Assembly (NCBI GenBank): GCA_965205945.1
Contig: CBDBIB010000003.1
Coordinates: 544,394-608,393, forward strand
From: Bdellovibrionales bacterium
GTDB taxonomy: Bacteria; Bdellovibrionota; Bdellovibrionia; Bdellovibrionales; UBA1609
Direction: 5' to 3'
DNA: 64,000 nucleotides
Positions 60,211-64,000 of the stretch are shown piece by piece; within the stretch, counting starts at the first letter, position 1; each line of letters begins with the position of its first letter. The position numbers and the translations under genes were made by a program. The notes beneath the pieces were generated by a model. It worked only from the letters and a program-made list of their open reading frames with translations, did no database searches and was not told the DNA's origin.

Positions 60211-61397
60211 TTAAGCCAACTGTTGTAGTTTATGGTTCAGGAGTAAGTGGTTTGATTGCCGCATATTTTCTTTATAAGAAGGGGTTTAAGGTTACTGTTA
60301 TTGATCCCTATAATAAACATAAGATTTCAACATTAATAGTTTCTGAGGGTTTGGTGGAGAGAGCTGCAAATTCAATATTATGTAATCAAGCAACAAAGGA
60401 TTTGTTAAATGAAATAGGTTTAGAGTATGAGTTTTATTCAGATCTAGGGAAAAAAAAGTATGTTTTTATAAATGGAAAAACTAAAAGGTGGCCATTAAGT
60501 TTTATTCAAACTTTAAAAAATTTAAAACCTCTTTTTGCTTTAATGAAAAAAAATCCTCAGATAAAACCACTTGAAAATGAGACTTTAAAGGATTGGGGTT
60601 TAAGAGTTCTTAGGGAGCCTTTATTGGATAATTTAATAGTTCCAGGGCTTCAAGGAATATATGGTGGAGATGTTAAAGAGCTTAGTGCAAGCTTGGTGTT
60701 AAAGAACTTTTTTCAATTAGATAGGAAAGATTTTTTAGGAAGCATTAGTTTTAAAAATGGAATGCAGGAATTTTGTGACTATTTAAAGGGGTATTTAATA
60801 AAAAAAGGAGCTTCTTTTGAAAAAGAATCTTTAAAAAATTATAATTTTAGAGTAATTTCAACTCCAACATATTCATTGCCTGACTGTGTTTCCATGGATA
60901 TTAAAAATATTTTAAGTAAAGTTTCTTATAAAAAAATATCTACTATGACTGTTTTTATGGATAAAGAAGATAGAGTGCCCTTTAAAGGATTTGGTTGTGT
61001 GTTTAAAAATCAAAAAAAAGGGGTGTTAGGTTTAATCTTAAATTCAGATATTTTTACAAATAGAGCAAAACAAGGTCTGGTTTCTGAAACTTGGATTTTT
61101 AATGGTTGTTTTATAAAGGAAGAAAAAACGGCATTGTCTTTAGTAAAATCTTTTCGAGAAGAAAAATTTTTTAGAAAGAATAAAATTATAAGATCATATT
61201 TTAAGTACTGGGAGCAAGCCTTTCCTGCCTATGATCTTACTTTAGAAGGGGTGTTAAAAAAAATAGAAAAATATAAACATGAAATGTATTTTTTTGCAAA
61301 CTGGACTGGTAATTTAGGCATAGGTTCAATGATCCAAAATGGTGAAGCCTTTGCAAAAAATATTTTAAAAAAAAATAAAGAAACTAAGTATGTTTAA
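60207..61397 (+). CDS. hemY: HemY-type FAD-dependent protoporphyrinogen oxidase
   Basis: GSGVSGL.AA, E.AANS, LQGIYGGD...LSA and GFGC motifs; lies between hemN and hemH. Confidence 0.8.
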   Translation: MIKPTVVVYGSGVSGLIAAYFLYKKGFKVTVIDPYNKHKISTLIVSEGLVERAANSILCNQATKDLLNEIGLEYEFYSDLGKKKYVFINGKTKRWPLSFIQTLKNLKPLFALMKKNPQIKPLENETLKDWGLRVLREPLLDNLIVPGLQGIYGGDVKELSASLVLKNFFQLDRKDFLGSISFKNGMQEFCDYLKGYLIKKGASFEKESLKNYNFRVISTPTYSLPDCVSMDIKNILSKVSYKKISTMTVFMDKEDRVPFKGFGCVFKNQKKGVLGLILNSDIFTNRAKQGLVSETWIFNGCFIKEEKTALSLVKSFREEKFFRKNKIIRSYFKYWEQAFPAYDLTLEGVLKKIEKYKHEMYFFANWTGNLGIGSMIQNGEAFAKNILKKNKETKYV

Positions 61398-62424
61398 AAA
61401 AGCAATTGTACTTGTGAATATTGGAACACCGGAAGTCTTAAGTATAAAGGCTGTTAAAAAATATTTAAAAAAATTTTTAATGGATAAAAATGTTATTGAC
61501 CTTCCTTTTTTAGCAAGGTTTTTTTTAGTTAGAGGAGTTATAGTTCCTTTTAGAGCCTTAAAATCTTTAAACGCATATAAGGTTATTTGGAAAAAAGAAG
61601 GCTCTCCTTTAGATGTTTATACTAAAGAAATAGTTAAAGAGCTTACTAAAGAGTACCAAGGAGAGTACTTAGTGCGATACGCTATGAGTTACTCAGCCCC
61701 GTATATTAATAAAACATTAGATAAGTTAAAAGAAAAAGGTGTAAAAGAGGTTTATTATATTCCTATGTATCCACAGTATGCTCAGTCGTCTTCTTTAAGC
61801 GCTTTAGAAGAAGCTGAAAAATGGGCTAAGAAGAATACAGATATTCAGATTAAATCTAGAGCGTATTATTTTAATCATCTTGATTTTTTAAATACTTCAG
61901 TGGAAAAAATAAAAAACTATAAAGATAAGGATATAAAAGTACTATTTAGCTTTCATGGAATTCCTGAAAAACATCTTAAAAAAATCCATAAAGAATGTAA
62001 TAATTGTAATAAGTGTTGTTTGGTTTGGCATAAGGCGAATAAGTTTTGTTATAGGGCTCAGTGCTTTAAAACAGCATCTGATATTTCAAACAGATTAGGT
62101 CTTTGGGACTGGGAGGTGTCGTTTCAAAGTCGTTTAGGTACAAATCAATGGATACTCCCATATACCGTTGATAAGGTGAAAGAGCTGGCTAGAAAAGGTA
62201 TTAAAAGGCTTATTATGGTTCCTTATGCCTTTACAGTAGACTGTTTAGAGACGGAAGAAGAGATAGATTTTAGGATTAAAGAAGTTTTTATTAAGGCTGG
62301 AGGTAAAAGTATCATAAGAGTTCCTTGCTTGAATAAAGATTTTAAAAAGTTAGTAACAAGTCAATTTTTAAATGATTTAAAGCCATTAAAAATGGTTTTA
62401 TATGAAATAAGGAGCGCTGAATAA
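61390..62424 (+). CDS. hemH: Ferrochelatase
   Basis: NIGTP, PMYPQYA.SS, FSFHGIP, FQSRLG...W..PYT and DCLET.EEI motifs. Confidence 0.95.
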   Translation: MFKKAIVLVNIGTPEVLSIKAVKKYLKKFLMDKNVIDLPFLARFFLVRGVIVPFRALKSLNAYKVIWKKEGSPLDVYTKEIVKELTKEYQGEYLVRYAMSYSAPYINKTLDKLKEKGVKEVYYIPMYPQYAQSSSLSALEEAEKWAKKNTDIQIKSRAYYFNHLDFLNTSVEKIKNYKDKDIKVLFSFHGIPEKHLKKIHKECNNCNKCCLVWHKANKFCYRAQCFKTASDISNRLGLWDWEVSFQSRLGTNQWILPYTVDKVKELARKGIKRLIMVPYAFTVDCLETEEEIDFRIKEVFIKAGGKSIIRVPCLNKDFKKLVTSQFLNDLKPLKMVLYEIRSAE

Positions 62425-62579
62425 AAAAATAAGAAGATTTTAAAATCAAAATAGTTATAATAGCCGCTACATGATTAGTTTAGAGTTTTTTATAAATTTT
62501 AAGTTTTATTGGATAGACTTTGGACTAGATAATTTAAAAAATCATTCTTTTTTAAAAGATCTAGTTGGAGAATATTAGT

Positions 62580-64000
62580 ATGAAAAAAATATATAAAGAT
62601 ATACTAATAGGTTTAATTTTAGCTTCATTTGTTTTTACACCAACTGCATTTGCAAAGCCTCAGGGCGTTGATATTAAAAATTCAGTAAAAGTGCCTTCTT
62701 ATGCAAAAATGTCTAAGGTAATAAAGAAGAATAAAAAAGCTTTAAAAGTTTCAGATTTTATAGAATCAGCAAAACCAATGCTCAATAAAAGAGCGTATAA
62801 AGACATTTTAAAAATGGCTTTTCCTGTTTGGGATAAGAAATTTGTTAAATTTAAAGTTGGACAGGATTATTTTAAGATAAAATTTAAAGATCAGTCTCTT
62901 TTTATAAGGTATGTGGATCAAGGGCCGGTGGCTTTTATAGTAAACGATGAACCTTTTTTATGGAAAGATTTTTTAATTTATAGCCGAGTAAAAGCAAGGC
63001 TTACTCAGATTATTATGAATGGAAAAACTAAAAAAGTTTCATTTATTGAGTCTATTTTAAAGGATCTTTTTCCTAAAGCATATGCAGTATTGCCAGAAAT
63101 TTCTTATACTTCTGCTGAGTGTCAAGAGAAGAAAGCTAAGGGTGGAGATCAGTGCAAAAGTAAAAATCCTATTCAATGTCATCCTAGGGCTATAGCGTGT
63201 GGATGTTCTTTTGGAGGGAAAGCCTTGGTGGGTACTACTAAAGACGGCAATCAGGTTTATGGCGGTTGTAAATGCCCTAATGAGTATATCTTTAAACCCA
63301 ACAAAAGTCCAACATTATGCCCAAAATGTGACGAAACTACAAATATGATAATGGAAAATGGAAAATGTAATTGTATGCCTGGCACTAAGGAGATAAATGC
63401 TAAAAAACTAAATCGTTCCTGTGAATGCCCTGAAGGTAAAGAAATAGTTAACCAGGAATGTATTGAAAAATGTAAGTCACCAACTACGAGAAATACAGAA
63501 GGAAAATGTAGTTGTCCTGAGGATAAAGATTTAGTAGGTGATAAATGTGTTGAAAAATGTAAGTCACCAACTACGAGAAATACAGAAGGAAAATGTAGTT
63601 GTCCTAATAATCAGATACTTAAAGGGAAAGAGGGAAATCAATCCTGTGGTTGTCCTGAGGATAAAGATTTAGTAGGTGATAAATGTGTTGAAAAATGTGG
63701 TTTCTTAAAAAAGAGGAAGGACGATGGAACATGTGGGGTTGCGCTTATTCCCGTGTTACTTATTGCTGCTGGCGTGGCTGGATTAGCCTTTTTATTCTTT
63801 TGGAATAAAAACAGAAGAGAAAAAAGAAGAGAAGAAAAAAGAAGAAATAGTGGGTTACCAGTAACCAATTGGATTTCAAATTCTGAAGGAATGTGCCCAT
63901 CAGTTGGTGCTGATAAAAGAGGTATTGACCCCAATGATCTTTCACCACAATGTAGAAATGCAGTTTGTTCTGGTGGATCATGTGAAAATGACAATGATGC
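62580..64000 (+). CDS. Secreted or membrane-anchored cysteine-rich repeat protein, truncated by the window end (not in the ORF track)
   Basis: GGAG RBS and ATG 62580; open for 473 codons to the window end; signal peptide MKKIYKDILIGLILASFVFTPTAFA; CxC repeats; TM segment at 63738..63803. Confidence 0.88.
   Translation, partial: MKKIYKDILIGLILASFVFTPTAFAKPQGVDIKNSVKVPSYAKMSKVIKKNKKALKVSDFIESAKPMLNKRAYKDILKMAFPVWDKKFVKFKVGQDYFKIKFKDQSLFIRYVDQGPVAFIVNDEPFLWKDFLIYSRVKARLTQIIMNGKTKKVSFIESILKDLFPKAYAVLPEISYTSAECQEKKAKGGDQCKSKNPIQCHPRAIACGCSFGGKALVGTTKDGNQVYGGCKCPNEYIFKPNKSPTLCPKCDETTNMIMENGKCNCMPGTKEINAKKLNRSCECPEGKEIVNQECIEKCKSPTTRNTEGKCSCPEDKDLVGDKCVEKCKSPTTRNTEGKCSCPNNQILKGKEGNQSCGCPEDKDLVGDKCVEKCGFLKKRKDDGTCGVALIPVLLIAAGVAGLAFLFFWNKNRREKRREEKRRNSGLPVTNWISNSEGMCPSVGADKRGIDPNDLSPQCRNAVCSGGSCENDND
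63459..63698 (+). repeat. Internal coding duplications in the Cys-rich domain
   Basis: EKCKSPTTRNTEGKCSCP twice, 87 bp apart; CPEDKDLVGDKCVEKC twice, 138 bp apart, identical at DNA level. Confidence 0.9.

Noticed and set aside
63638..63994. Minus-strand ORFs 63638..63994 and 63760..63981
   Set aside because: Antisense to the long plus-strand CDS starting at 62580.

Overview
AT-rich bacterial chromosome segment, most likely from a Bdellovibrionota (Bdellovibrionales-like) organism. This is inferred from the Bdellovibrio-type fibre/adhesin N-terminus, a GYF_2/TPR protein, a PilZ gene with a FliA-type promoter, a short HemA, and an xseA-xseB-ispA-tlyA cluster lacking dxs. Most of the window is housekeeping: speB, a peptide ABC transporter, thyA-folA-purD, rho-rpmE-prfA-prmC-murA, serS, sppA, tRNA-Ser(TGA), a probable 6S RNA, pepP, glpD, mreB, queG, and a heme cluster (hemB, hemA, hemC, hemL, two-component pair, hemE, hemN, hemY/G, hemH). 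Decayed IS elements (IS982, IS4/IS50-group, IS5, IS1595-like) and pseudogene fragments (Fic, Uma2, FG-GAP) are scattered through it. The main accessory locus is a 7.2-kb fibre/adhesin gene with about 3.4 internal 969-bp repeats and a tip of 14 near-identical 75-bp DUF285-type repeats that vary at fixed codons. Directly upstream lies a 119-bp near-perfect inverted repeat enclosing 456 bp, a candidate invertible regulatory switch. A Cys-rich membrane-anchored protein gene absent from the ORF track starts at 62580 and runs off the window end.
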